64,000 bases of DNA from the human T2T-CHM13v2.0 reference genome, Homo sapiens: NCBI RefSeq assembly GCF_009914755.1, contig NC_060933.1. One strand, given 5' to 3'. Under the pieces are notes generated by a model. That model was not told the origin of the DNA. It made no database searches and saw only the letters and a program-made list of their open reading frames with translations. The first letter of the stretch is position 1. Every line of letters begins with the position of its first letter. The position numbers were made by a program, and so were the translations under genes. This document shows positions 31,744 through 48,150 of the stretch, in pieces.

Positions 31744-34700
31744 TAAACTGGCTCATCTGATCTTGTGGCCCTGGACTCAGGAACTGACTCAGTGCAAGGA
31801 GACAGCTTCAACTCCCTATGATTTCATCCCTGACCAATCAGCACTCCTGGCTCACTGGCTTCCCCCAGCCACCAAGTTATCCTTAAAAACTCTGCTCCCC
31901 AAATGCTCAGGGAGACTGATTTGAGTAATAATAAAACTCCAGTCTTCCACACAGCGAGCTCTGCTTGAATTACTCTTTCTCCATTGCAATTCCCGTCTTG
32001 ATGAATTGGCTCTGTCTACGCAGTGGGCAAGGTGAACCCCCTGGGCAGTTACAAATTCAGGGGCTTGTCCAGGATTGCCCTTGTGGCTACCTGCTCATGG
32101 TTCAGTGCCCCCCCACGCTCCAGCAATGGATCCAGAGGCCAGCCCAAGTGGCTGCTTAGTTCTTTTGGACTGGGGCTGACTCTGGTACTCTATTGGTGGG
32201 GTACTGCTGATCCAATGTGCAAGGATTTAATTGCAATGGAGAAATAATCCTGGGGAGATATCCCTTAACTGTAGCCCTATCACAGGGTGTCAGTCTGTAG
32301 CTCCATTGTAGGGTGTTTGGATTGGTGACTATCCTAGGTGCTTCCAATGCCTCCTTCCTTCTCCCAGCTGGTCTGTAGCCCTATGGTGGGGTGTCTGTAG
32401 CCCCAATGCAGGGAGTCTGTTTATAGCTCCACCATGGTGTGTCTGCATCTGTAGCCCCATTGCGGGGTGTCTGTTTGGCTCCTTCCAGGGGTTCTTGGTT
32501 AGCTCTTTCCAACTAGTAGGAAGAGTCTTGGTTTGGGAGACTTCTCATTCAGGAGGATTTCGAGGAGGATTCTCAGATGGAGAATAGGAGGATAGTTTGG
32601 AAGGGATACTCTTGGAGTTCTTGATCAGGGATCTGATTTGGAAGGCCTTCTGTCTGTCATGTCTTTCTGTGTGTTTGTATATGTGAAGGGGATCTCAGAA
32701 GGAATTGCTGCTGGAAGTCCAGCAGGCTTAACTCAGAGAACCCTCCTTATTTGTCTAGTTACATTTGGTGAGCCCTAAAGAAAGCTCAACAGGCCTGTCT
32801 CAGGGTGACCATCTGCTCTTGGCCTTGCCCAGAGACCCCATTGTGAATTGCCATTTAGAGGTCATGCCTTCCCACCTGGAGTGGATCAAAGACAACAGGG
32901 ACCAACAGGGAAAAAGTTTGAGCTTTGCCAGGTTGACATTGCGTGCTGAACAAGGTGACTAATGTCTGTTTTGTTATGTGTATTTTGCTGGGATGAAAAA
33001 TTTTAATTCAGTTCCCTAAGCAGCATATTGGGCAGCATTTGCAAATTAAGAATCTTGTCTATGGTTCCATAAAACAGTAAAGGGTGATTTTCTCTTGTAA
33101 AGTGGCTTGACCCCCACAGCTATAGCACAAGAGAACAGGGTCACGAGAAGCCGCTCCGTTCTTCTGGAAGCTGCAGAGAAAAGGAAACTGGAAATCTGAT
33201 ATGCCAGCAAAAAGGGTAAGAAATTCTTACCAGCCAAATTTCTCTCTCTCTCTTTCTCTGTCTGGGTAAACAGTAAACTATTTGTCTCCCCTGCAAGGGT
33301 TTGATTAATAGCAAAAAGGATTTGCGAGACTAGTCTTAGGCCATAGCAAATCTGGTGTACTTTGTGCTAAGAATTTGTCTTTCTGTGTTCTGTAATGGAG
33401 AGAGGGGTATCACAGGATAGAATGTGGATTTAGGATCCCTACAAGCCTGCTTTTCAAGGCAGTTTGGCAGGCTGGTCAGTTACAAACTTTGCTACAGGTC
33501 CCTGAAACCAATACAGTACAAAATTCCTCTGTCTTGTTTTGTGTCCTTAAGAGCTCAACCTTGTGACCATATGGGGATACTTTCTTTTGGTTTGCACTAT
33601 CCAGAAGACAGACATTTGTGGGCTCATGTCATAGTTAGCCATAACAATTTTTTTTGAGCAGTTAAAAGCCTTGCAAGCTTGAAATTGGCTTCTCTAGGCT
33701 CCTTCTAGGAAAAGCAATAGAAACTGCTCAATGCTGTACAGCTCAGTAGCCAAGGCTTTATCTTTTGAAAGTGGTGGCCTGGGTTCAATTGTTGGCTTCT
33801 GGAATGATTCCTTTCTGGTTTGTTATTAGTGTAGCATTGCCATTTACTGAGGTTTTTCCCCCCATGGTAGTTTCTGATTTCCTCTCTTGAATTTTCCTTT
33901 TTCTGAACTACCTTGTGGAAATTCTAAATCTTGTAAAAAAGAAACTACTTACCATGTCTTTGAAGCACCTAGGAAGTTACCTTTGGTAAAGTTTAGAAGC
34001 TACAAATATTGGCCGCTTGGCATGGCTAAAGCCAGGTAATAAGAGATTTGAAATGATTTTTTTTAAAGAGCACTATGGTTAAAAGTCAGCTTAATTAAAA
34101 GTGGATAAACAAACTATAGATATATTTTAAAAGCCTTTATGTTTTTCTCTTCTTGGAACTTGTTTTTCTGGAAAAAGGTTTTTTTCCCTTCTCAGTCTAC
34201 TGAATTATTTTTCTCCATTTTTTTGTCTTGCCACTCTTAATGCATACATGAGAGGCACTAAGATAACTTCTCATAGCTTGGGACTCCTTGGGAAAGACAG
34301 AGGAGGCACCATAGACCCTGTTTTGGAAAAAAAAACCTCTGTTTTCTTCATTAAAATCTAGTAATTAAAAGTGGATGGATCCCTCTCAAAATCAAACACT
34401 CTGTTCTGTTTTGCATTGTGTTATCTGACAGTTTTGAGTTTGGGGGTATCAGAAATTACTTGGCATTATGAGAGAGCTTTGGTTTGTAATAACTAGGTAG
34501 GAAATATACTTTAAGGAATGGCTAATAGCACTTATGGAGGGATACTTGACTTTTTGCACACTTGGATCAGAGAAGCATGCTATTGGCCACCTGGAAGATA
34601 AGGAAACATCCCCACCCCCCACTGGAAGATGAGACTCCCAAGAGAGATGGGCTGATTACAAAATGGGCTGATTGGCTTTGGGTTGCCTTGCAATGAAATA

Positions 34701-36597
34701 CAGGGTAGAAGCACTGCACTGTCTTCTCCCATAGTATTTCCCTCCTTTTGGGGACCCAGGATCCAGTATAAAATGGGACCCTTAATTTTGGGTATCTGTC
34801 TTTGCGTTCAGCTGCTTATTTGCTGCTTATTTGGCCCTAGAAAGGCATGCTTTCCTGGCCCTCTTCCTCCAAGGGCTTCACCCTGAAGCCAGTAATCCAA
34901 TTAAGAAACTGGGAAATGAAAAATATTACAAGTGCTGAAGCATCTGTCCATCTGCTGTCTATTTATATGTGTTGTATGTTTATATCTAAAAGAGCTCTGA
35001 TTAATTGGCTTAGAAAAATAAGCATTTAAATCAAATATTTCATCAGAAAAATAGAAACTTTAATGCCTTTTTGTTCATATGACTTCAGTAATCTTTTGGA
35101 AATAAAGACAGTTTTAAAGATTATTGGTAAAATGTCTTAAAAATATAGACACTTGTTCTAAATTAAGGTCAGATATCAGATTTGTTAAATGCTTAAGGTC
35201 CAACTGTTTCCTTGACTTTTGAAAATTGTTCAACTTACCTACTTTGGGGCATTAGATTATAGATAAGGCCTGGGGACAAATGGAGAGCCATGACCAACAT
35301 CTACAATAAAAAGAGTCAGACCTTATCGTCACTTCTGTCTGATGTCCTAGGCTCCACCCCTAGTACATAATTAAAATCACTTACTTATCAGGTTTTTCAC
35401 TAAAAATAAAAGTTGCTAAGAGTTAACATTGTAACATGTTATTGAGACCACTGGAGAAACAGTTTTACATATAAGGTGTGTAGGGAATGTGTTTTTGGTA
35501 AAAGATTATAAGAAGGCATGGAGATACGGCTTTTGTTAAAAGGAATGTAATTTTGTCTAGTTCAGAGGGTTTTAAAGATTGTCTTAACCTACAAGTGTAA
35601 TGGAACAAAACTAAAGGTTAAGCAAAGTGAAAAGGGCTTATAAAGGGTTGATCTTGTAAAAAACATTCTGTAGGTATAAACAAGATGGCTAAGATTTGAT
35701 TGAAATTATTTAGCTTTTTTTCCATAGATTAAAACATTAAAATCATACTCATGTGGGGCCAGAATCTGGGACCATGTGTCTGAATAACCAGGTTTTCTTA
35801 GAAAATTGATCTGTTTGATAGAAAATTGTAAAGAGTTCTAAACAGTTTATGAAAATCTTACCTTATGACCAAACTAATTAAAAACGGATATAAAATTTTA
35901 TTTTAAAAAGTAGTTTTAACATTAAAGATGCACTAATGCAAACATGAAATTTGGTTTTCTCTTTTGAAGATGATTTTCATGTAATGTTAAAAGATAATGA
36001 AAGGGTTTCGTTTTTCCCTCTGGGTAAATGGCAGGCAAGACAGAAAAGAGACAAATTCAGTTAGCCTCATGCTATCTTTATTGGGTCTTATTTGGAAAGC
36101 TAAGTCTCCTCTATCAGAGTAAAGGTTTTTCTTTTTAAAAATTTTTGAAGTTATCATTTTGGCCAAATGAATTAGTTATGGTTATCATTTTAGCCAAATT
36201 GATGACTTATGGTAACCTGGGATTCTATTTTATAATATCCAGTGTTTTAAACCTTTGTTATTTGACAAACTTTCCAAAATCAAATTATAAATTATGTCTC
36301 TTTCTAGCCTAATCTTTTAGATATTAAATCCTGTAAAGTCCAAAAATGACATTTGGCTTATTTCATATGAAACTCATACAAGAAGCACTGTCAAATAGGA
36401 AATGATGTTTGGCTTTCTTTGGAACATTTGTGTAAATGTGTTACTGGCGTATGTTCCGAAATTATGTAAAACTCCTATAATTCTAATATGACTTAGTATA
36501 TGTTATCAGTAATAATTATAATTATTATGTTAAATGACTGTGTGCCACAGAGGTAACAAATTCCCTTGTCAATTGTGTCTTCAAGTGTGGCTGCCCT

Positions 36598-40087
<3,490 letters not shown>

Positions 40088-43000
40088 AAGTGTGGCTGCC
40101 CTAAAATGTTTTTGTCATCCATATACAATTGTTGTCTCGCTTTGGTCCTCTTTAACGGATGGTTTTATAATCAGCTATAAAATTTAACAGGCCCTCTTAA
40201 ATGCAGGTTTCTGATTAAAAACTCTGGAGACTGTGATATTAGAATCGAGGAAAAACTTTCAAATTGAAGAGTGAATAGTGTTTGGTTTTCTTTGGACTAT
40301 ATTTGTATAAATATGTTATTAGTATGTGTTCCAGAAATTATGGGAAACTTCTATAATTCTGATATGATTTAGAGTACATTATTAATAATTATAATTGTTA
40401 TATAAAAGTGTTGTATGCCACAGAAGTAACCAAGATTCCTAGTCAATTGTAGCTTTAATAGTAGCTATAGACTTTTGTCATCCATAGACATTTTGTCTTG
40501 CTTTTGTCCTTTTCAAAAGGCAGTTTATAATCAGATATCACACTCTGAGTGCAGGTCTCAGATAACTTTAAAAATTGTTTTATTGGAATAGAGGAAAAAA
40601 TGAAACTTCTAGGCTTCTCACAGATAGCTGATGTGTTAAGCATTGCTAATCCTCTCATTTTCAGAGTCAAGATAGCATATTTCTTTAGAGTTATTTGCAA
40701 CTTTTAACAAATGAGTAAAAAATACTTCCATGAAAAAAATTTAGAGCATATTTGTTTCTCTCTACCTGATTTCTCCTGAATATGGAAACTATTTGTAAGT
40801 ATTCTCAATTTATGCCAGTATACTTAATTGCATAAGTGCAGTAAGAATCTGTTTTGTCTTGTAACAGGACACAACTGGAGAAATTGATTATTTTACCAAG
40901 GCTTTTACTGGAATGGCATGCTTCCTTCAAAGAATCAAAATTAATGTATAGAGCCAATTAAAGCCCCCTGGGGAATCTAACCTCAGACCTTGTCTATAGT
41001 CCCTGTACAAGGTTCTGTCATACAGTCCCTGTACAAGGTTCCTGACCTGTGGTAAGTAAAGAATGTCACTTTCTAACAGGCCCAGGAACCCCAAGTTATT
41101 TTGGGACCTTGAGAAGAGAGGAATTTACCCAACTCATAGGTATTTGAGGATACAAACCCATGGCTGAGCTTGGCTTTTAAAAACTCTTATCTGAGATTCC
41201 TCATGGAACAGAGTTCCATCAAAGCTAATTTAAACAAAAAAGACCCTAAGTGAAAAATAATTATTCTTGCTGCACTTTATGCAAATAATCAGGCCAAGTA
41301 TAGTAAGACTAAAGTACATTTCTGTAAACAAATCAGTTCTATCATGATTTGTTTTTAATAAAAATGGGGTCTGGAGAGAGAGAAATTATGCTTCAAGAGG
41401 AAACCTATTGTTAGCTGTTGTTAGCTGTCCTTGAGTTTTTTCTACAATTTTGACTAAATCCTAAATTATTTGTGGGTTGGAAGTCGCCAGACTAATGCTT
41501 TCAAATCTTTGCTTTTAAAATTGAGTATTGTACTCCTCATCCTAGGACTCATTATTTACCTTATAGTAGGCTGTTCACCTAAATACTGTACTAAAACTAT
41601 AGATGAGAGTACTAATGTTTTTGCCATGCAAGCCTTAGAAGCCCAGCCAGACCTGCATGAGTCGCTCAGACACTTGAAAGTGGTCCCACTCTTCTCACCT
41701 TGGGGTTGACTCCCATTCCCACTACGTCCCCTGTCAGCAAGAAGAACCCAGAGCAATCGACAGCCTTTTCCCATCTTCATACCCTACACTTTAAGATTAA
41801 GGTGTTACAAAACCCAAAGTGATGGACTGAAACTGCCTTTGCAAAATTATGATTGAGACAGTAAAAGAGATCTAACTTAACTGACTCCATCTTGCTTCTA
41901 ACTTCCAAGCTGTCCTTGTTCATTCCTGGGCATAGGCTGAACTAACTTTGGGAGAAATTTAGTCTGTAGTTCATAGTTTAAACAAAGACAGTAACAACCC
42001 TATCCCAAAGCAGACCTCCTTGCCTGGGTACTAGATTGCCTTTGTAGGACTAACATTAGCCACAAGATTAGAAATTGCGGTTTAGGAGTCATGCAGTTGG
42101 AGGTTACAAGATGCTGAGCCTCCCTAAAATGCTTCTGAGATCAGTGCTTGAGATATTTTGCAGACCCTGCACTTGATGGATCAGCTGGCACCACCCAGAT
42201 CAATAAACTCACTCATCTGATCTTGTGGCCCCCCCACTCAGGAACTGACTCACTGCAAGGAGACAGCTTCGACTCCCTATGATTTCATCCCTGACCAACA
42301 GCGCTCCTGGCTCACTGGCTTCCCCCAACCCACCAAGTTATCCTTAAAATCTCTGTTCCCCAAATGCTCAGGGAGATGACTTGAGTAATCATAAAACTCC
42401 AGTCTCCCGCACAGCTGACTCTGCGTGAATTACTCTTTAACTATTGCAATTCCCCTGTCTTGATGAATCAGCTCTGTCTAGGCAGTGAGCAAGGTAAACT
42501 CCTCAGGTGGTTCCACTGATATAGGTGATTTAAGTGTTAAATAAAAATCTGTTACATTAAAATGCTGAATAAAGAGTGTTTAAAGCACTCCACAAAGATT
42601 ATTTTTTAAATGCCTCTGTGTAAGAGGAATTCTAATATTGTGCCAGGATATGTCAAGCTATAAGATAAAAATTGAGTGCATTTCCTAGAATGCTTATTCT
42701 ACTCTAAGATTTTGTGAGAGGTATAATAATTCATTTAACTGGTAATAAACATTAAAGAAGAGTCAAACACTGATTTTTGTTTTAAGGGAGAAGAGAGATT
42801 TTTTTTTTTCAAGACACTTGCTTGAGCTAGATCCCCAGGAGTATTTTTAACACTCCTCTGTAATTAGGGAAACATCAGTATGTCTGTATTGATACATATA
42901 CACACATATATAATATGTATATATGTAAGACTATGAACAGTCCTAAATTTATACTTTGGGCTGATAACTGTGGTTTTCAGGAAAAAAAAAAATTTAAAAC

Positions 43001-43713
43001 GGGTGCAAAGTCTCCCCAACTGGTCTAAGTGAGAAATCATTTGGCATTACCTCTCCCTTATCCCCTACCTGCTAATTACAATTTTTCAAATATAGTTATC
43101 ATTAAGTGCAAACTACCATAATCTTGGCTTATCTTCATGGCAAACTTCAATTAGAAATTTAGAAAATGGGGAGAAAGAGTAAACAAGGTTAAGAGAGTGG
43201 GTTCTCAGATAGAATTGGGTACAAATTTGGGCTCCAACACTTAGGTATATGTGGCCTTGTGTAACCACCTAGGTTACACAACAGGTGTAGGTTAACCATC
43301 AGCTGCCTTATCTCATTAGGTCCTTATGAGGATTTAGTGAGCTATGCACCTGAAGTCCTCAGCTGTAGCCAGACAGCAAGTGTTCAAAGATGTTAGTCAT
43401 TGTTTTTGTTTATTGTTTTATCATTGTGCAGGGTCACATAGCTAAGGGGAATTTCAAATCCAAGTCCATCCTACTTCAAACTCCTTTGTGCTCCTAAGCT
43501 GTACAGTATAGTCACCTTGGAGAGTAGGTGATTGGCCCCAAACTACTTCAGGGACTGCAGGTCGTGGCCAGCCAGTCCTGTATCAGACCTCGTCCTTGCC
43601 AGATGCCTAGTGCCCCAGATTCCCTCAAATCTCAGGCCAGATCACCTCCCACCTGGTAAGATTCCTCCACCTTCACCCGAGCAAAACTACACTTGGTTTG
43701 GGTTCCCGGGTAC

Positions 43714-43822
43714 CTTCAGTCTGCAGGGACAGGGGCTGCAGAGTGTACTCCCCAAGTCTGCCTCTGCTGTCGGCCTCCCAGCTGAGTAGGCAAAACATTC
43801 CTTTACAGAGCAATGTGTTCAT
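43714..43822 (-). CDS. ASTN2: Coding part of an alternative ASTN2 5' exon (MNTLLCKGMFCLLSWEADSRGRLGEYTLQPLSLQTE-)
   Basis: ATG at 43822, 36 codons + G, then AAG|GTACCC donor. Phase 1 joins in frame to 8807 (G+AG = Glu). Matches my recollection of a short ASTN2 isoform N-terminus. Confidence 0.8.
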
Positions 43823-44200
43823 GGATAAACTTGTCTCTAGTGCAGCTCTCTGTCAGAGCACAGAACATGAGGCCAAAGCACTGCCCTTCCTAGGGAGTCC
43901 CGGTTCTCGACTTCCCCAGAATGGAAGTTTGATTTTTCCGTTGGCCCATTTCTCAGATGGAAAAACAGATTCAGTAAGGTGCCAACGCTTTGCTGAGGAC
44001 TACCCTGGAGGCTACCGTTTTGTGAAGGGGTAGACATTGAGACTGGAGTCAGATACGCATTCTGGCTTATCTCCTGACTTACTGAGTGAACTTGAGCAGG
44101 TCCCTTTCGCCCATGGGCGTCGGTTTCTTCATCTGCACCAAGGAGACGGAAAACTGGATTACGTGTCGCTAAGGCCCCGGGTTCTCAGAGGAAAGCTCAC

Positions 44201-44270
44201 CCCTGCAGGGCCGCCTTGCCCCGCGCGCTTGGGGCCAGCTGCACGACAAGCCCCAGCATGCTGGGGAGGC
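44201..44270 (-). other. ASTN2: Probable non-coding first exon of short ASTN2 isoforms (5' end approximate)
   Basis: Strong donor GGG|GTGAGC at 44201/44200 inside the CpG island, pointing away from TRIM32. Confidence 0.55.
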
Positions 44271-44324
44271 GGGGCTCAGTGACGGACAGGGAGCTCTGCG
44301 AATTGGCGCCCGGCAAGGGGTGCT

Positions 44325-44398
44325 CAACGGCGCGTGCGCAGAGGGAGGCAGGCGGGTGGGCTGCCGGCGGTGGACTCGTCGGAGCCGCGGGCGGTCAG
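44325..44398 (+). other. TRIM32: TRIM32 non-coding exon 1 (TSS approximate)
   Basis: CAG|GTAGGG donor at 44398/44399 in the CpG island, followed by intronic G-runs. Confidence 0.8.
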
Positions 44399-45952
44399 GT
44401 AGGGGGCGGGAAGGAGGGTTGGGGACTGGGGACCGCGGCCGGAGTCGTGGGCCGTGGCTCAGCGGCCAGGCGGGGGAACGTGCCGGCGTGCAGCGGCCGC
44501 GCCCGAATGGCAGGGTGTGGGGACCGGATCTGGGGGGGGCAGGACTAGGGTGGGGGTGGGGCTGCGAGGGGCAGGCTCGGGAGGGATTCGTGGGGCTGAG
44601 GAGATCCGAGGAGATGCAGCTGGGGGAGGGGAGCGAGGGGCTCTGAAGAGATTTGCGGTTGCAGCATCTCGGGAGGTATGAGGTAATGTCGGGGCCCTGA
44701 GGAGGAACGGGGTGTAGCATGTGGGAGATGGGAGGGAATCAGGGCCCTGGAGGGACCTGGGTGCAGAATTTCAGAAATATGAAGGAACTGGGGGGCCCCG
44801 ATGAGATTTGAGGAAATCTGGGGGCGCTAGGCATCTGGCAAGGACAGGGTCTGAGATGATAGGAGCAAGGTCTAGGGCGATCCTAAGTGCTATTGAGAAA
44901 GGGTTTTCGGAGTGGGCTGAGGGTGAGATTGAGGGGGTGGGGTGAGTTCTTGAGGGACTCTATCTTGTTAGCAGAAAGAAGGGAGCTGGCTGAGGTGTGA
45001 AGGCAGCACATGACATTCAGTGCATAAGAGGAAGGAGCAGGGTATGAGGGCAGCACAGTGCCCGATGGAATGCAGGAGATGGGGGCTCAGATTGAGGGAG
45101 AGCAGAAATCTGGGGTGAGGAATTGGGGCGTTGAACTGAGGTGCGGGGCTGAGTGTGGCAGAGATTTGGAAATAGGGATTAAACGATCTGAGTCCGAGGG
45201 ATTTGGGGCATATGAGTGAGGAATTGACGAGGGTTGCAATATACAGCCCCAAAGATTGGAATTTGGAATTGTAAGAGGGTTGGGGACAGGGTTTGGAGAG
45301 GATTGAATCGTGGGGTGGAGATGTCCTAACTGGGCTATAAAATCAAAGGACCCTGAGTAGATTTGTGGATTGGTGTCTTGGGCTGCTAAAGAGATTTTCC
45401 TTAAATCGCTGCATGGGAGACAGAGGGAGTTCAGGGGACCCAAGGACCTAAAAGTAATGTATGAAACTGGATGAGTATATGAAGATGAGCAGAGTTCAGG
45501 TGCTGAGGAACAAAGTGATAAATCTTCAGTTCAGATAATCCTGAAGGAGTGTGGTAATCCCTGTGAAGGGCAGAATCTTCTTCATTTATTAAACAAAGAT
45601 CCGTTATCATGAGGCAGGTATGGTATTGCCACTAACTCCATTCTGACCACCGGTCCCCCGGCCCACTGAAAGTGGTAGGCTTTGGGGAAGAAGAAGTGGA
45701 ACTATTCAAGGTCATCTGCCTAAGCCCTTTTTCCCTGTACCCCCAAGCTACGATAGCAGATAGAAAGTGAGACCTCCAGGGGAATGAGTGGAATAATTTA
45801 TCCTATATAAGATCCATTACAGCTTGAAGGGGCAGTGGCTCTGTGAGTGAGGTGTTTGGGCTCGGAGACAGACAAAACAACAACAACAACCACCAGAAAA
45901 AAAAAAGGGAACCCTTAGGTATTGAGCATTTAGTCCTGTGCTAGACTGTAAA

Positions 45953-46192
45953 GCAGTGGTTCTTAACCAAGTCTGACTTTGTCTCCTAGGAGACATTAGG
46001 CAATGTCTGGAGATGTTTTTTGGTTGTCACAGGGTGGGGGATACTACTGGCCTCAAGTGGGTAGATTAAACATTAAACATAATGTTTTATGTTAAACATT
46101 TGACAATGTGTGGGATACGCCCTTCCCCCCCGCAGTAAGGAATTATCCTGCCTAAAATGTCAGTAATGCCAAAGTTGAGGCACTCTGACCTA
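45953..46192. mobile_element. MER20 DNA transposon
   Basis: CAGTGGTTCTTAACC ... gacattaggcaatgtctggaga ... aatgtcagtaatgccaaagttgag. Confidence 0.75.
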
Positions 46193-46212
46193 GAGTCAGA
46201 TACCCTGGGTTC

Positions 46213-46270
46213 AAGTCCTAGCTCTATCTCTTCCTGACTTTAAGTCCTAGCTCTATCTCTTCCTGACTTT
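46213..46270. repeat. Perfect 29-bp tandem duplication within a MIR
   Basis: AAGTCCTAGCTCTATCTCTTCCTGACTTT x2. Confidence 0.95.
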
Positions 46271-47900
46271 GTGGCCTTGAATGAGTTACTTAACCACCCA
46301 GTGCCTTGGCTCTTCATCTGTAAAATGGGGTTATGATAACAAGACCAATGTCACAGAATTGTTGTGAGGATTTAGTGAAGTAAACTAGCATGCCTAGGAT
46401 CTGGCACATAGTAAGTTCTCAAAATCTAGTAATTTTTAGTCTTGTATCTACTTCTTTACTCAGTTTTCATGACAGTCCTTCTAAGTAGGCTCTACTGTAT
46501 TCAGTTTTACACATGAGGAAACTAAGGCTTAGGAAGTGACTTGCCTAAGTTTCCATAGCTAGGAATGACACAGTTAAGCTCATACCCAGATCTCTGTAAC
46601 TCCGTATATTCCCGCTTTCCTTGCTTCTTCCTTGCTAGGGCCTGCTTAGTCTTATTTTCTCAGCCCATTCCCCTCTAATGAAAAAGAGGATTGCCAGTGA
46701 GTATCACTGACTATCAGATTGAACTCTAAAGTTGGGGGGTAAATCTCTCTGATTAGGTAGGGAGGAGCCCTGGACTTTGTTCTTGGTTTGCCCTTAGACC
46801 AAGACCAGGGGCTAGATAAGGAGAGGAGCCTGAGGTTATCAGGCAGGATGAGGTGCAACGGACTATAGGGTGAGGTATGGAGGCCATTGGCTTGAAAAAA
46901 CACCTCATAGCAGGGACTGAGGCTGAAGGCAGTCATACTCTGAAGGAGAGTAACTACTGTTCTGTATGGTCTCTTTTGGTCTGCTTTTCCCTGGAACAGA
47001 ATTTGGCTCTATCATTTCCAGGACTAGCTACAGGGTTGCTGAGGCCAGTTCAGAAACAAAGCTAGACTGTGTCTGACAGCAAGACTTAGCTGGAATATCT
47101 GTGCACATCCCTAAAAGAAAATATGTCATGGGAATTAAATCAGCCCTGTCTAAACTCCTTACTCTAATTTCCTATGTTACCTTGTCAGTAGCTACGGCAC
47201 TTGTCCTGTCAGCCTCAATCTATTAAAAATGCAAATGATTATAATTTGTTGAGTGCTTATTATGTGCATTATCTTAGTGAATTCAATCCTGCTAACAGTC
47301 TAGGTTTTATTCCTTGTTTACAGATAAGAAAAATAACAGGTTAAATGACTTACCCAGGGCTACAGAGCAAGTAGCTAGGTTGGGATACAAACCCAGTTCT
47401 GTCTTACACCTATGTTACATTATAGTAGTTTTATTAGAAGCCTTTTCCAACCCTTCAGAGCCCCTATGTTTATGTCTGGAGAATAGTTGGAAGCCAGAAG
47501 TTTATAAGGCCCTTAAAGTAGATCATTGTCTATGCACACTGATGTGTAACCTTTGTGACATTCCCTCCATCTTGTCTTTCTGGTAAAACAATCAAATTTA
47601 AAAATCATTTCTAGGTGCCCTTACCAACCTCTCAGCCAGACTTTGTCTAAAGCTAGGGAACTATGAAACATCCTTTAAGTTAGTAATTTTATGGCTGGGA
47701 GTTGATACTGGGATTTGAATCCTTGCTCTATTACTTATTGGTTTTGAGACCTTGGACAGGCTACTTTCTCTGAGCATTGGTTTCCTTATTTTTGAAGAGG
47801 AATCACACTTACTTTACATGGTTATTATGAGACTATGAGAACATATAAAAAAATGCCTGACAATAAATAGTAGTTGTTTTAAGAGTGTTAGCAATTATGA

Positions 47901-48150
<250 letters not shown>

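Larger units (their letters stand above)
44100..44700. promoter_or_regulatory. CpG-island bidirectional promoter (TRIM32 / short ASTN2)
   Basis: Only CpG-dense stretch in the window; GC box at ~44263-44275; E2F-like TTGGCGCC 44303-44310; NRF1 site GCGCGTGCGCA 44330-44340; no TATA box. Confidence 0.9.

Noticed and set aside
44169-44720. Pro/Arg/Gly-rich ORFs on both strands
   Set aside because: Stop-codon depletion in the CpG island.
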